A DNA stretch of 63,348 nucleotides, counting the filler, from Circinaria calcarea (Eukaryota), in NCBI GenBank assembly GCA_051942165.1. It is 9 parts of 9 records of this genome, joined end to end, with 100 filler letters (N's around TTAATTAATTAA, not from the genome) between each part and the next. Parts side by side here need not be neighbours in the genome. Positions count along the whole stretch, not along the records: positions 49,390 to 56,322 come from JAVECS010001453.1; positions 56,423 to 63,348 come from JAVECS010001454.1; 7 more parts are not named here. One strand, given 5' to 3'. This document shows positions 49,390 through 61,682 of this stretch, piece by piece. The notes beneath the pieces are model-generated. The model was not told the origin of the DNA. It made no database searches and saw nothing but the letters and a program-made list of their open reading frames with translations. A program made the translations under genes and the position numbers. How positions within the stretch are numbered: position 1 is the stretch's first letter; each line of letters begins with the position of its first letter.

Positions 49390-49481
49390 GAAGACGGAGG
49401 CGGGGAAGACGGAGGGGGGGCTGCGATTGAGAGAGAGGCGAAGAGGACAATCGCAGTTCCGAACAGAGCAGAGGAGAGCAT
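49390..49481 (-). CDS. N-terminus of a secreted protein (signal peptide); truncated by the contig edge
   Basis: MLSSALFGTAIVLFASLSIAAPPPSSPPPS: hydrophobic core, likely cleavage site, Pro-rich start. Confidence 0.55.
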
Positions 49482-50318
49482 TTTGAGCTGTTGGGATAAT
49501 AGCTGAAAGCTTTCTTGAAGTTGTGAAAGGCGAGTAACGTTGAGGTTGCCGAAGGAACAGGAGCGACTAGGCATTTGATATAACTCGATGGCACCGCCAT
49601 GGCATGCCCATTGAAGAGTAGCGAGCTCGAGCGCGAACGATAGGGTTGCATTCTATCAAAGTGGTGGTAGCCCCAACTCCATGCTAGAGGGAGTTGGCAG
49701 AGGTGGATGGCCGTGTGGGAATCGACCCCAGTGCAGCAAGGACTATACCCGGGTTATCGCCTGGGGCTGCCTCCACGTTGATCATGCCAAATTGTTGCCA
49801 TCTCTTCTCCTTAAGATGAGGAAAGTTGCCAGACTCTGGTTGGAAGTCAGGTTTCTCTATCTGCATACTCTGGTCTTGACGATGCTTCATTTACTCGGCA
49901 AGGCGCACCAACCGGATGTAGGGTAAGAGCACCGAGTATCCTAAGATTGCCAAACCCCCATCTACATGCACATGCTCGCCCGTGCAAGTCTCACATAATT
50001 TAACATTAGGAAGTGGTGCTGTATCCTATTAGGTCCCGTAGCAGCCATTATTACTCTTAGAACCGCATTTCATCTCAGATATACCCCTGTATCGCTCACA
50101 AGCATTACCCTAAGCGGTATTTATTTTGCTTGAAGGTCGATTTAGATCATCTCCTGCCTTTGCTTCCGCTAATTCACATTAATAGTTGATGTTTACCCAG
50201 TCTCGCACATGTCACTTGGCTAAGAATTATCTTTTTTAAATCTTCCCCGACTTAATCGTCTTGTTCTCCAAGTTCATTGTTGTTACTAGCTTTACAACAA
50301 GGCCTGCTGCAATACAAC

Positions 50319-51377
50319 ATGAGGGCAGGAATCGCGCTACTCTTGGGCAGCACCCTTACCGTGGCCGTATCAACTCCTCTTCCCCACCAGTCAACTCCCA
50401 GCGATACTACTCGATGCATTGGCAGACCCGGCCGTTGGACCAATCTTGCTCCCATCGCTGGCGGTATACGACAAGAGCATAGTACCGTTACGCTGGGCGG
50501 CAAGATCTATATCATGGGAGGCATATTCTTGGAACAATCTGCCACAAACGAAACTATCACTCAAACCGTAGACAAAGTCGAAGTATACTCTATTTCCCAG
50601 GATAGCTGGGGCACAGTGGCGTCACTACCAATTGCGATGAATCATGCCAACGCTGCTGTGGTGAATGGTAAGATATACGTTCTTGGAGGCTTAGCTGGAG
50701 GCGAGATTTGGACAGCCTTCCCGGATTGTTATGTTTACGACCCGAAAACAGACCACTGGACAATACTGCCGCCGATGCCCAAGGGACAAGCGCGGGGCAG
50801 TTCTGCAGTAGGAGTGCGCGGCACGAAAATCTACCTTACGGCTGGCATGCGCTCCTTGGACGGCGCCCCAGGCGGTTTACATGACACTGTGGACACGGTC
50901 ACGTCGTATGATACTAAGAGTGGCGTGTGGAAGACGCTGCCAAGTCTTCCGGCTCCTCGCGATCACGCCGGAGCTGCCCTTGTCGGACATAGGATGTATG
51001 TACTTGGCGGACGAAACCACGGGCAGATTAACGTGCGTAACACGACCTACGTGCTCGACATCCGCTCGCCAGAAGCAGGATGGACACAGAAGGCTGACAT
51101 GCCGACCGCCCGCGGTGGTCTTTCTGCAGGCGTGGTCGGCAGTGTGGTGTACACTTTTGGAGGCGAAGGAAATCCCACTCCAGGATCCGACGGCGTATTT
51201 AATCAAACAGAAGGGTATGTCACGGTGACGGATACTTGGACAAAATTGGCGCCAATGGCGCTACCCAGGCATGGGACATCAGCAGCGTCTGTTGGCGGTG
51301 GGATATATATTCCTGGCGGATCAATCGAGGAGGGCGGAGATCCTGTGGACGCATTTGATGTTTTCAGGCCATGCTAG
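50319..51377 (+). CDS. Secreted kelch-repeat beta-propeller protein, intronless
   Basis: Signal peptide MRAGIALLLGSTLTVAVS and six kelch repeats (e.g. GKIYIMGG, GKIYVLGG, RMYVLGG, VYTFGG, IYIPGG with downstream Y..W). Confidence 0.92.
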   Translation: MRAGIALLLGSTLTVAVSTPLPHQSTPSDTTRCIGRPGRWTNLAPIAGGIRQEHSTVTLGGKIYIMGGIFLEQSATNETITQTVDKVEVYSISQDSWGTVASLPIAMNHANAAVVNGKIYVLGGLAGGEIWTAFPDCYVYDPKTDHWTILPPMPKGQARGSSAVGVRGTKIYLTAGMRSLDGAPGGLHDTVDTVTSYDTKSGVWKTLPSLPAPRDHAGAALVGHRMYVLGGRNHGQINVRNTTYVLDIRSPEAGWTQKADMPTARGGLSAGVVGSVVYTFGGEGNPTPGSDGVFNQTEGYVTVTDTWTKLAPMALPRHGTSAASVGGGIYIPGGSIEEGGDPVDAFDVFRPC

Positions 51378-52156
51378 GGTGGACAAAGAACAATAACTAA
51401 AGTAAACAATACTCTCCGATACATGTTGAATCGTGCTCCGATCGGAGCTGCTCGTATCTAGTATAGAAGATTTATATCTATTTCTGATTTATGGCATACT
51501 CTATCTAGTCTTTAGTCTCTAAACCAATGTTCGAAGGGGGAGTGTACATTGAACCGCCGAATCTATCTACTTGATTGCCGTAGTCCATGCCTAATTACAG
51601 GGCAATGTCCCGCTGGCCTTAAGTCGCTACCACAAGATTAGGGCCATTATTAGCCGAAAATTACGATAACCGAGCAAATTAGGCGGTTATTTTTACACGC
51701 TTTGCGGCTGCGGTAATTGCACCATTCCTGAATACTAAAGTTCGGACCCGCCTTGGATAATGCCGTAGAATACCTATCTCCCCCCCAAAAATATACATTA
51801 GGCCTGGTGATAGAGTGTCGAGTCCTATAGAATGCACGGTCTACGGATTTTGCTGTGATAACTTCAGTACTTGGTATAAAGTGAGAATTCTCCATCGAAT
51901 CATGTTGGTAGTCGCAGCGTTTTATGCTGGTGGCAGGCTTACCTGCAAGTGGTTTCCTCCATTTAAACCAATTAAGCTTCATTCACGTTTGTCTCAGACC
52001 GGAGTATATTTTATATGCCTCATTCTAACAATCTCCTCGAATTATTTTATACATCAGACTCCTATATCAAGCAATCGGTGACCGAGCTGAACACACACTG
52101 TGATTATCACAGGAATACTAGGAGCAAACAGCAGTTTCAGTCCGGCATATACTTCG

Positions 52157-54781
52157 ATGGCTACAACACTGCCTCCATATACTTGGAAAAACGGGTTCAC
52201 CCAGCCAGCAAATGTAGCAGTATGGGCTGACGACGCGCATCATTTAACCGATACCGGAGATGGTCCTCATTATACTACGCCTCCGGCCCAGGAACCCTTG
52301 ACTTCGTCCAGCCATAATTCTCTAGGATTGAATGTATTGAGAACATGGCCGACACTATACAATGGCACCGAGTCCCCGCATGGGGCTCCTCCCTGGTGGG
52401 ACCCACAGAAGGAAGTTGACGTCCTTATATGCGGTGGTAAGATCTCGTCCCTACTTTTCGTTCGTTTTGATTTACTGATATGGGCCGGATAGGTGGACCA
52501 TTTGGTCTGGAACTAGCCGTTAGCCTCGCCAGACAGGGAGTCAGCTTTCGCATTGTCGGTAAGCTCATCATAATGGCTATATTGCAAGAGCATCGGGGTT
52601 TCTGGAATGTACACGTAAACAACTAACAAACAACAGACAAAGCAGAGACCCCTCTGCTTTCTGGGAGAGCGGATGCAATTCAACCTCGCTCTTTGGAGCT
52701 CCTTCATTCCTGGGGCTTGGCTGAAGAGGTTCATGAAGAAGGGCCAATCTTAGATCACACCGCCATATTCAAAAATGGCATGAAACTCTTCTACAACAGA
52801 AGCTTTACCTGTGATTCAAGATACCGTGGAATACATGTCATCACACAAGGTCAGCTTGAGAGAATCTACATCCGAGACCTCTTACGACATAAAGCCGTTG
52901 TCGAGCGCCGTACAACTGTGGAAAAATTTGAAGTAAATCAGGACTCATTCAGGTCTTATCCCGTAGCAGCGACTTTAAAGAATCTCAATACCGGACGGAC
53001 CGAGCTCATCCATGCCAAATATCTGGTGGGCGGGGATGGAGCTGCTAGTGCTATTCGCGAGCAACTCAAGATACCCTTCGATGGAATCACAACAGACATA
53101 TATTGGGCGATCATGGACTGCGTTTTCAAGACCGATTACCCTTATATCACGACCTTTGGGTAAGCCAAGTACTCAAACTTGTTGAGTTCTTCTGAATTTA
53201 CTGGGACAGTGTAAACATTCATGACAATCATGGTGGCTGCATTATCGTTCCTCGTGAAGATGGTTATACGCGGTGAGTTTTCTTGGCCTGCCTTCCACGT
53301 AACGACGCCCTTGATCCTGATTCCTGACCTAAATGATAGCATCTACACACAAATCAGTGGGGAGAAGGCGAAACTCATTCAGAGTCAACGAGCACGAGCA
53401 AACGCTTCAGCAGTTGGGGAGACTCGGATTTATAATCATGGAATCACCCCGGATGAAGTTCTGGAAATGACTAATAAAATATTCGCCCCGTACACCGTCG
53501 AATTTGCCTCACCTTTGGGCTGGTTTGCGATGTGGAAGGGTGAGCGCAGCCTCCTGCAATCATTGTCCTATCGGATTCTCCACTCACAATAGTACAGTTA
53601 GCGAGCGAGTCGCCCGCTCGTTCTCTTCGCCCGATCTGAGAGTGCACATAGGTGGTGATGCCGCGTATGTGTTCCATCCTCGCCTGTATTTCTCGAGGCA
53701 AGCGGCTGATTCCATCTGTAGCCACGTACACAGTGTCCTGGGCGCTTTCGGCTTGAACTCGTCTCTCTACGATGCCGCAAACCTTGGCTGGAAGCTCGGT
53801 CTCAGCGTGAAGAATCTTGCACGACCATCGGCCCTCCTGGCAACTTACGACCAAGAACGCCGGCTGTTTGCCAATCGCGTCATTCGTTGCTCCGGTGCCT
53901 ATCTCCGCTTTATCTGCAACTCCAAAATGCCTTTGGCCGAGTTACGTGGCCTCGGAGAGGAGCTCGAAAAGCACGACGAGAATCTCCCTGAAATGAATGG
54001 AAGCATTGCAGGAGATCTGCAATTCCTCGGTGCTTTCTTCGGCCGTAACGGGAAATTTTTCCTGGGCGTAGAGTGTCCCATCGTGCCCTCTGCAATCTGT
54101 TTACCTTCACCGCAAACAGAGGGACAGATGCCGACCACAGTCTTGAATGGAGCCCGAGCGCCGAATCCTCGCGTCTGTTTCGATTCCGGTCGCACTTCAT
54201 ACCTCTATGATAAGATGGTCGGCTCGTCAAGGTTCCACATCTTGATTTTCGGCTCCGACTTGCGGGGGCCTGTGCGCGAGCGCGTGGCAGCCCTCTCCAC
54301 GCAGGCCCTGGGACCAGGAGGCTTCTTTTCCCGGTACGATGGCGCCGAGAGATTTAACATCGTGCTCATCGTCAAGGCTCTTCCCCATGAAACCGAGGGC
54401 CTGATGCAAGGCAATCTTAATGACAACAAGGACAACCTCGACTACCTCAGGGAGACAGCAACCGTTGTGTACGATGACAGACCTCCCGACATGGATGCGC
54501 ACTACTGGTATGGAATCAATCATGCCCGGGGTGCGGTGGTCGTGGTCCGGCCGGATCTCTGGGTCGGAACTAGCGCCTGGCCGGAACATACGAGCTCGTT
54601 GGATGATTACTTTGGAGGGTTTCTCGTCGAGCAGGGCGGGAAAACGGAAGGCTTGAATGGTCTGTCTACCAGGATGAGTTGTGAAACCGCCCATTTGGGA
54701 GATATATTGCTGCCGGAGCTCGCGGAGGCAGTGGTAGTTAACCACCATAAGGAACTTCGCTCGCCCATAAGCGTTCGATGA
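52157..54781 (+). CDS. FAD-dependent monooxygenase (phenol hydroxylase/PheA-TfdB-like) with an N-terminal extension, multi-exon
   Basis: VDVLICG|GGPFGL, GRADAIQPRSLELL, LVGGDGAASAIR, HIGGDAA|HVHSVLGAFGLNSSLYDAANLGWKL, VVRPDLWVG. Confidence 0.9.
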
Positions 54782-55402
54782 AGCGCGATCGGAAAGACTT
54801 TGTTAGAATACAAATGTTTGATCTGTAAAGAAATTACGTTTTCCGCATCGTGCTATATACACTGTTAGTCATTTCTATTCCTGACTTTGCCAAAAAAAAA
54901 AATATTGAAATAAATATATCGGCATCAAGTGAAATTTACTATATTAATAAAATAAATTGTCATTATTATATTCCATATTAATATATTAAGGCCTTCAATA
55001 ATGCAACCGTCACGGTTTCAAGTGGCAGCCTAAAGGGGGTGCGCCTTACAGACGCCCTACAACCCTACCCACGGGGTATAATACCTAAAAACGCGCATTG
55101 CGCTTTACAGCGTATAGGCGCGGGAGTATATCACCAGAATTGGGTTCAAATCCTAATAGCGCTTGCCTTTTGGTGGCCTGGTGGTACCTCTCTCTGCTGG
55201 TGTTATGTGTACGTGATGTATTGTATGTGTATTGAAATAAAATCCTCCGAAACCCCCTATATCTATGTATGCGTGCGCTAAAATCATATCAAAACCCATG
55301 CTTCCAATCTAGCTTCATTCGCTCTCATCGTATTTGCTAGCCACGAAATAACACTATTAGTCTAGCTACCGAAAGAAAGAAGCAAGATCGATATTGAATA
55401 GA

Positions 55403-56322
55403 TCATTCAGTGGCTTCGAATTTTCTACAGGCAACTTTAATCTGCTCGGAGGTCAATGCAATCTATAGAAGCAAGTTAGCCTCAAGTAAACAAACGTCAG
55501 TCGAGAATAGGAAGTCTGACATTTTGTTGAAGAAACGGCTCAAAGTGATTCCCGGCAATTGGTAATACCTCGATCGGGCCGCCAACCAGCGACTCCCAAC
55601 CTTGGATAGCTGAATCTCGAGCCTCATTACTACTGAGCCATTGATAACGCACTCCACAAACGGCTTCAGTGTCGAGTGTCTCCTGGCTTCGGAGGTAAAC
55701 CGTTGGGATCTTGGTGTCGTTAAACACGTCGAAATCTTGTGGGTTGTACGTCGCCAATAGGTCTGCGTTCTGCCTGAACTCTGTGACTAAATCGGCCAAT
55801 CCGGCTTTGATAAGTGAGGAAGATCTGTTGAGAGCGTGAGCTACAACCTTTTCTGGGAGCGGCTCATGATTCCGGGGGAAAGGGGAGTCAATCAGTATAA
55901 GCCCCTTGACTGCGAAGCCGGCTTTTGACAGATACTGCGCTGCCTGGAAGGCAACAACACCACCAAATGACCACCCTGTACTAGATAAGTGGTTAATCAA
56001 CAGTTGGCAGGTCAGACACTTACCACCAACAATCAGTTCATGAATCCCAGAGGCGGAGAGACAAGATGCATAGCGTGACGCCATTTGCTCCAGACTAGCC
56101 ATCTGCAAGGGCTTTCGTGGGAAATCAGGGTCAAAGAAACCTAGAACCTTGCGATCAGGTTTGCATAATTTTGCATACATACCAACCTGCCCACTGCCAT
56201 CATGAAACAGATATATAGGTAGGTTCGGACTTTCGGAAGCATGCAAGAGCAAAGGGTTTTTCTTTAGGGATCCAACGACGTTCTTGGAAACGCTTGTTTG
56301 TGTAACCTCGCCATTAGTAGTG
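55403..56322 (-). CDS. C-terminal thioesterase domain of a non-reducing polyketide synthase (OrsA/TerA type); 5' end truncated
   Basis: PIYLFHDGSG, G|GWSFGG nucleophile elbow, GLILIDSP..HEPLP, IAGNHFEPF, last exon IALTSEQIKVACRKFEATE*. The frame stays open to the contig edge. Confidence 0.85.
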
Positions 56323-56422
56323 NNNNNNNNNNNNNNNNNNNNNNNNNNNNNNNNNNNNNNNNNNNNTTAATTAATTAANNNNNNNNNNNNNNNNNNNNNN
56401 NNNNNNNNNNNNNNNNNNNNNN
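56323..56422. other. Artificial contig spacer
   Basis: Same linker. Confidence 0.99.
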
Positions 56423-56677
56423 CCGTCTACGCATGATGTTCGATCATGGATCACCACTCGAACTTCCCGCTTCTTCGCTCGTGATTCTGGACCTCGGCCG
56501 GCGGTGCAGACAGCAACCCAGCGTACAGATACACCCGGCATCAGCGTAAAAGATTGGTCCTCAGCTACGGTCCCGAGTACGACTTCACCATATGCGCCAC
56601 AAGGAGGCGGTAATGCAGGAAGCCGTTACGACGAGAAAGTCACGGAGCATGGTAGGGACATGAATGTTGGGGTTTAG
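56423..56677 (+). CDS. C-terminal end of an unidentified protein (partial)
   Basis: 84 open codons from the contig start (PSTHDVRSWITTRTSRFFARD...DMNVGV*). Confidence 0.45.
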   Translation, partial: PSTHDVRSWITTRTSRFFARDSGPRPAVQTATQRTDTPGISVKDWSSATVPSTTSPYAPQGGGNAGSRYDEKVTEHGRDMNVGV

Positions 56678-58431
56678 ACCCCGTCTTGGTTATCTAGCTT
56701 GGCTTGCTAATATATATCAATCCGCTTATCGTGGCGGCCGAGCTCTGATAACAAGGGTCTTACAGCTATCTTCTTGGGAGCTACACGAACATATTTTATT
56801 GTTGCACGGATGATTTGTTGGGCTGGGGTTTTTTGATTTTGGGTGCAGCATTCTTGTTTAATCTGTTGAAATGAAACGCACGAGTCGATGGTGGATATGT
56901 GGGAAGGTTACCATGTCAAGGTTATGCAGCGAGTGTCAGGAATTTGAGGTAGCATATCTATGCGATCATTTACCTGTCTGAAGGTGCCGATATCGATCTC
57001 GTGCTGTCTGGGAATGCTGCAGTCTTCATGAGGTATCATAGTTAGAGCAAACTAGCTTATGATAGTTTTCTCCTCATCTGAATAGTCTCTATGGTGCAAA
57101 GTACTCGAGGTTTTTCGAAACGAGAATGGCTTCTTTCTGATCATGATGTGGCTGTGGGTTCCAACGGATTGGCATCCAAAGCTCTCGTGATCTTAGACCC
57201 GTAGTTTCACCTTCCCAAGTCCGAAGGTACCTACCACTTACCTTCGTACATGAGAACCGGTGCTCCCGATACTCATTTCATATAGGTAGGTTTTTGGGGT
57301 TTGACCCTAGCGCTAAACCTCGTGTAGCGCGTGTCCTACCGGATATCAAGTTCCTTGCTCCTTCTGCAATCCGGCCAGGAGCTTACCGTAGTTCTCTTAC
57401 TTACAATATCGCACTTTTGCAAGCTGAGGCAAGCTACTTTGGCAATCGTTCATACGATCTTCTATCGCGGTACGGGGTAGAATGGATTGCGTACTATGCG
57501 ATCAAGGAATCATTCAACTCCTACGGGAGAAGTGACCAAAAGATTGTTCTGACTAGAATAGCGGGGAGGGGGATCTTTGTCTAATGCTCCGAGTTCCATT
57601 TGAGTTGTCGAGACTGGCGTCTTCTTAACAAACGAGATAGTTCCGTTGTAGTGATACTAAGTGGAGCTTGAAGGATTAATTACGAAATTAGAGATTGGCT
57701 CAGAGGCATTGAGGCAGTTCGGGAAGGGGGATAATGGCTGCTAGGTGAACGGTGGATGGTTTGGTTAAAGAGCATAGTCTTGGCTTGGGTTATAGTTGAT
57801 TTTCGTACCGGGGCTCCAGAGGGAGAGAGAATCAGGGTTGGAGGTCCTTGATGATCATCGTTCGTACCAACAAACATGCAGCTTGGCATTCCAAGCCCAG
57901 GTTGGTCTTGGGAAAGGGATAGAGACGGGGTTCTTATGCTTGAAGCGGGCTAGCGCGGGCTCAGATTTGTAGATATTTGTTCTGTACTTGTACTTTCCCA
58001 TGCTCCCTTTCTGCTTTCCTATGCTCCCTCAATGATAGGCTCTTTGTTAGCTACTACCTTAAGCTACTAGAGGGATAGATCATCAAAAGAAGACCAAAGC
58101 GATGTAAAGCATTGCAGGATGGCCGATATAGACGATATACCCCAAGGCATATTATAGGATTTATCACCCTAGCCTCAATTGGCTTCCTCGTAACCGGCTA
58201 TATCTAACCTGCAAAACCCTTTGTATTATCATCAGGCAGCCTAATAGATGGCCAATGCTGCAATCTGCCTAGTCAGCTAGACCAAGCCGCACTGCCACGC
58301 AGCCTTGCGCTACAGAATTAAGGCTTATAGTAGTGACACCCATGCCACTACTATTTCTCACTTCATAAGTGACGTTGGTAGCCCATGAGGCCGTTGACCA
58401 TACGTTGACCCCTCAAGAGGTCCACCTGGAG

Positions 58432-61400
58432 ATGACGCCAGCATTTGGCTTCTCCGTTGGCGACTTCATCAGTGCGATCGGTGAGCGGACATTACTTTGT
58501 GGAATTTATCTTGCTGCCGCTTACCTGTCTATAGATTTGATTAGAAAGATTAGCAAGGCACTGAAAGAAACGGGTGGTGCGTCTGCAGAATACCAGGACG
58601 CTGTTATAGAGCTCAAGGGTCTTAAACATACTCTTCAGCATCTGGAGATCCTGGAGTGTAGCGAGGACAATATCAGCCATGTGAACGCTATTCGGGGTAT
58701 GGCCCTTGCTTGCCAGTTGCCTCTCCGAGACTTTTTGAAGAAGCTTGAGAGATACGAATCATCGCTGGGACCTTGGACAGATCGAACAGCATTTCGTAGC
58801 GCCGGTCGTAAGGCGAGATGGGCGGTCTCGTTTGGACAGGAAGTAGAGAAGCTCAGGGCTCTGGTGGCAGCGAAGTTAATCAATATCAACTTACTGCTTG
58901 CTACACACTCCTCGTGAGTACAGTCATGATTTAATTCCTGCACGTAGCAGCCTGCTTATGCATACTCAATAGGCAAACCGTTTCGTCGATGGGCGCAAGA
59001 GCAAAACAGAATCATGGAGACTTGATATCGAAGATTGCCGAGCAGCGGGCTGCATTACATCAAGTTCATGGTATGGTAGAACATATCGAGCACCGAATGG
59101 AGGGTGTAGAGGCAACTTCCCAGGCAAAACTGGACGATATTTCATCCAAAAGCGATGCAACATACGCGTCAGTGATAAGTCTACGAAATCTAGCGGAGCA
59201 GGTCATGGCTTTCGTCGGCACTTTTCCACAGGAGATCCGCAATCTTCTTTATACCATTATGCAAGCCGACTGGCGTACGTATCAAGCTGTTTTGCAAATA
59301 CAGGAGCGTCTTGCACGCTCGCCCTCTTCTTTACACGGCTCGAATATTCAATTCACAAACGCATTAGGGGAATACAGGGTACCTACTTTTTGGATTTATT
59401 TCTCCCCCAATCGAGGCAGATTCATAAGTCGCGAAAAATTTTCCGGGAGCCAAGCCATTCTTTTGTTCATCAATTTCCATGGCGATATATCACAATACTC
59501 CAAAACTCTCTGGAAAAAAGGCAATACTGACCCCAAATTCTGCATAGGAATTGCCTTATGAGTACTTTTGTCATTGGGAAGTACGCGTGCTCTTGATCTG
59601 ACCATCAATCACTTTTTCAATCACTGACCTGTCCAACCAGCCTTTTGAGGGATTCCTTCGCGCCCAATTCAAGGACAAGCCTGGGGAAAACAAGATCTTG
59701 GACGGTCATTTTCATATTATCGACGTCAGAAACCAAAGGGCAGTCGTGAAGAAAGAGCATTGGAGCCGTTCCATCTCCCAAGGTGCAGTATTAACAATGT
59801 CGATGATTATGTCTCATCTCCAGGGAAAACCTGGACATTGTCCACGACCAGATTGTACGGGCGTTGGAATAACGAAATGTGAAACCTCAAGTCAGCTGAC
59901 CTGGTAGGAGTCCAATACCCGTTACATTCGTCAAAGCTGAATGGAAGTAGTAAGACATGCTATCTCAAATTCTCCTCCACCTCTAATGGATTGGAAGAGA
60001 TGTTCAGCCGCGTGATTGTCTCAGAAGAGGACGTTCCTCTCCACCAGGTTGAAGAGGACTTGCGACTCTATGGCAGCAGGCCAGAACCGCCGGACGCTGT
60101 TGACATTGATGAATCCACCCAGTTGGCCAATCTGCCCCCTAAGCGAAATGCATCAGAATTCGAGACCACAGTTGACCGTCCAGCCAAGGTGCGTAATAGG
60201 GGAGAAAGCAAGGCTTTCAATTATGCGGCCGTTACTGCCATGGATTGGAACAGTGGTGCTTCTCCCCTTGATGCATGGCTTAATCAGAGCGCCGTCCCAT
60301 CGACCGCAGCCGCGCTTCAACCTTCTGATCCGGACAATTCCGAAAAAGAGCTTGTTGCCCGAGAAGTAAAGGAGATCAAATTCTTTCGTAATGTGCATGT
60401 GGCAATGGCGCCGAGCCCGAAGGAGGATGAAGCAGCTGTGGACGATCTTGAAGGCTTAAACCTCGGCGCTCAAATCTACTACCGCAACATTCGGGATCGG
60501 TATCCCCTCTTACCCACGTATCTTGCTCGCCGTCTCGCTCAAGCCAATTCCAGGCGATTTGAAAGGCTGCGCTCTGAGCGGCTTAAACCGAAGCAGCAAG
60601 CCGTGGCCGTTGCTTATGATGATGCATTTGTGCAGCGTCGCTTAAGTGGCGATGGAGATATGTCTACCGCCTGTCATAATGTACTCTACCAACTGGGTCC
60701 ACAGGAAGATGGCCTTTATCACTGCCCCTTTGAATTTACGAAAGGATGTACACACAGAACTAAACTAAAGTGCAATTACGAGTGAGAGATGTGCAGATGC
60801 GCCTTGACCGTAAATAGCTAATCACGTTTGTTTAGCAAACACCTGAATTCCCATCTCCAGCCGTACCTTTGTACCTACGAGGACTGTGACAGATCTACTG
60901 TTGGAAACGGCTTTCCGCGCTGGTGGAATCTGCAAGATCATATGAAGAGAGTGCATGACTTTCCGTCTTCAGACTTCTGGACAGGTGGAAGTCGGAGACA
61001 TTCAGCCGCATCCAGTATGAACAGTTCTCTACATGGGCGTTCAACATTCGATCCAGAAGAACAGAATCCGACCTTCCTAGCTAATCACCGAAGAAACTCA
61101 TCGGCAAGTTTGGTTATGTCACCGGCCCTCCCTCCTCCCCCAGTAGAGCTGGGCAAGGTCTTGACTTTTGATTGTGACATATGTGGACAAAAAATTCAAG
61201 TAGAAAGGCGATTCGAATGGCAGTGGGTAGCGCCTTCAGACTTACTCTATACGCTAACTTAATCAACTAGGAACCATGTCTTAAACGACCTTCGCCCCTA
61301 TGTGTGTACCTTTCCAGACTGCGCTACAGCTGACCGTTCGTATGCCTCGCGATCAGCGTTCTTGAATCATATCCTGGTGCACGAGCTAGAAAGGGGATGT

Positions 61401-61682
61401 GAGATCAAGGCCCATAGATTGGAAAGCTATGCAAGTACAGTGAAACCAGAATACCAGTGGATCATTCAAAAAGATGATAATGCCTGTCTCTTTTGCAGAG
61501 AAATGCTATCATATGAAAGGAGGGACGAGCATGCTCGGCACGTCGGTCGCCACATGGAAGAGATCGCGTTCTCTGTTGTGACAAAGCCTTATGAAGACTG
61601 GGATTTTTATACCAATTCCTCTGGAAAGTCCAACAAGGACGAGGACCTTAACCTCACCTATAGGGACACCTCTTTTGTTTGA
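58432..61682 (+). CDS. Mosaic protein: fungal STAND/NLR-type N-terminal helical domain, ubiquitin-like domain and several C2H2 zinc fingers; multi-exon
   Basis: MTPAFGFSVGDFISAI|DLIRKISKALKETGGASAEYQ; FTNALGEYR|ELPYEYFCHWE|PFEGFLRAQFKDKPG; DGLYHCPF..KLKCNYE|KHLNSHLQPYLC..GNGFPRWWNLQDHMKRVH; CDIC..W|HVLNDLRPYVCTFPDC; CLFC..HVGRHMEEIA. Confidence 0.75.

Noticed and set aside
54858..55362. AT-rich segment between near-identical ACACT(G/A)TTAGTC direct repeats as a transposon with a target-site duplication
   Set aside because: No convincing terminal inverted repeats or coding remnant; a 12-nt near match could be chance.
42354..56322. One large secondary-metabolite cluster spanning both phenol hydroxylase-like genes, the MFS, methyltransferase, kelch and PKS
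   Set aside because: An artificial spacer at 49290-49389 separates two contigs that are adjacent only because of size sorting.
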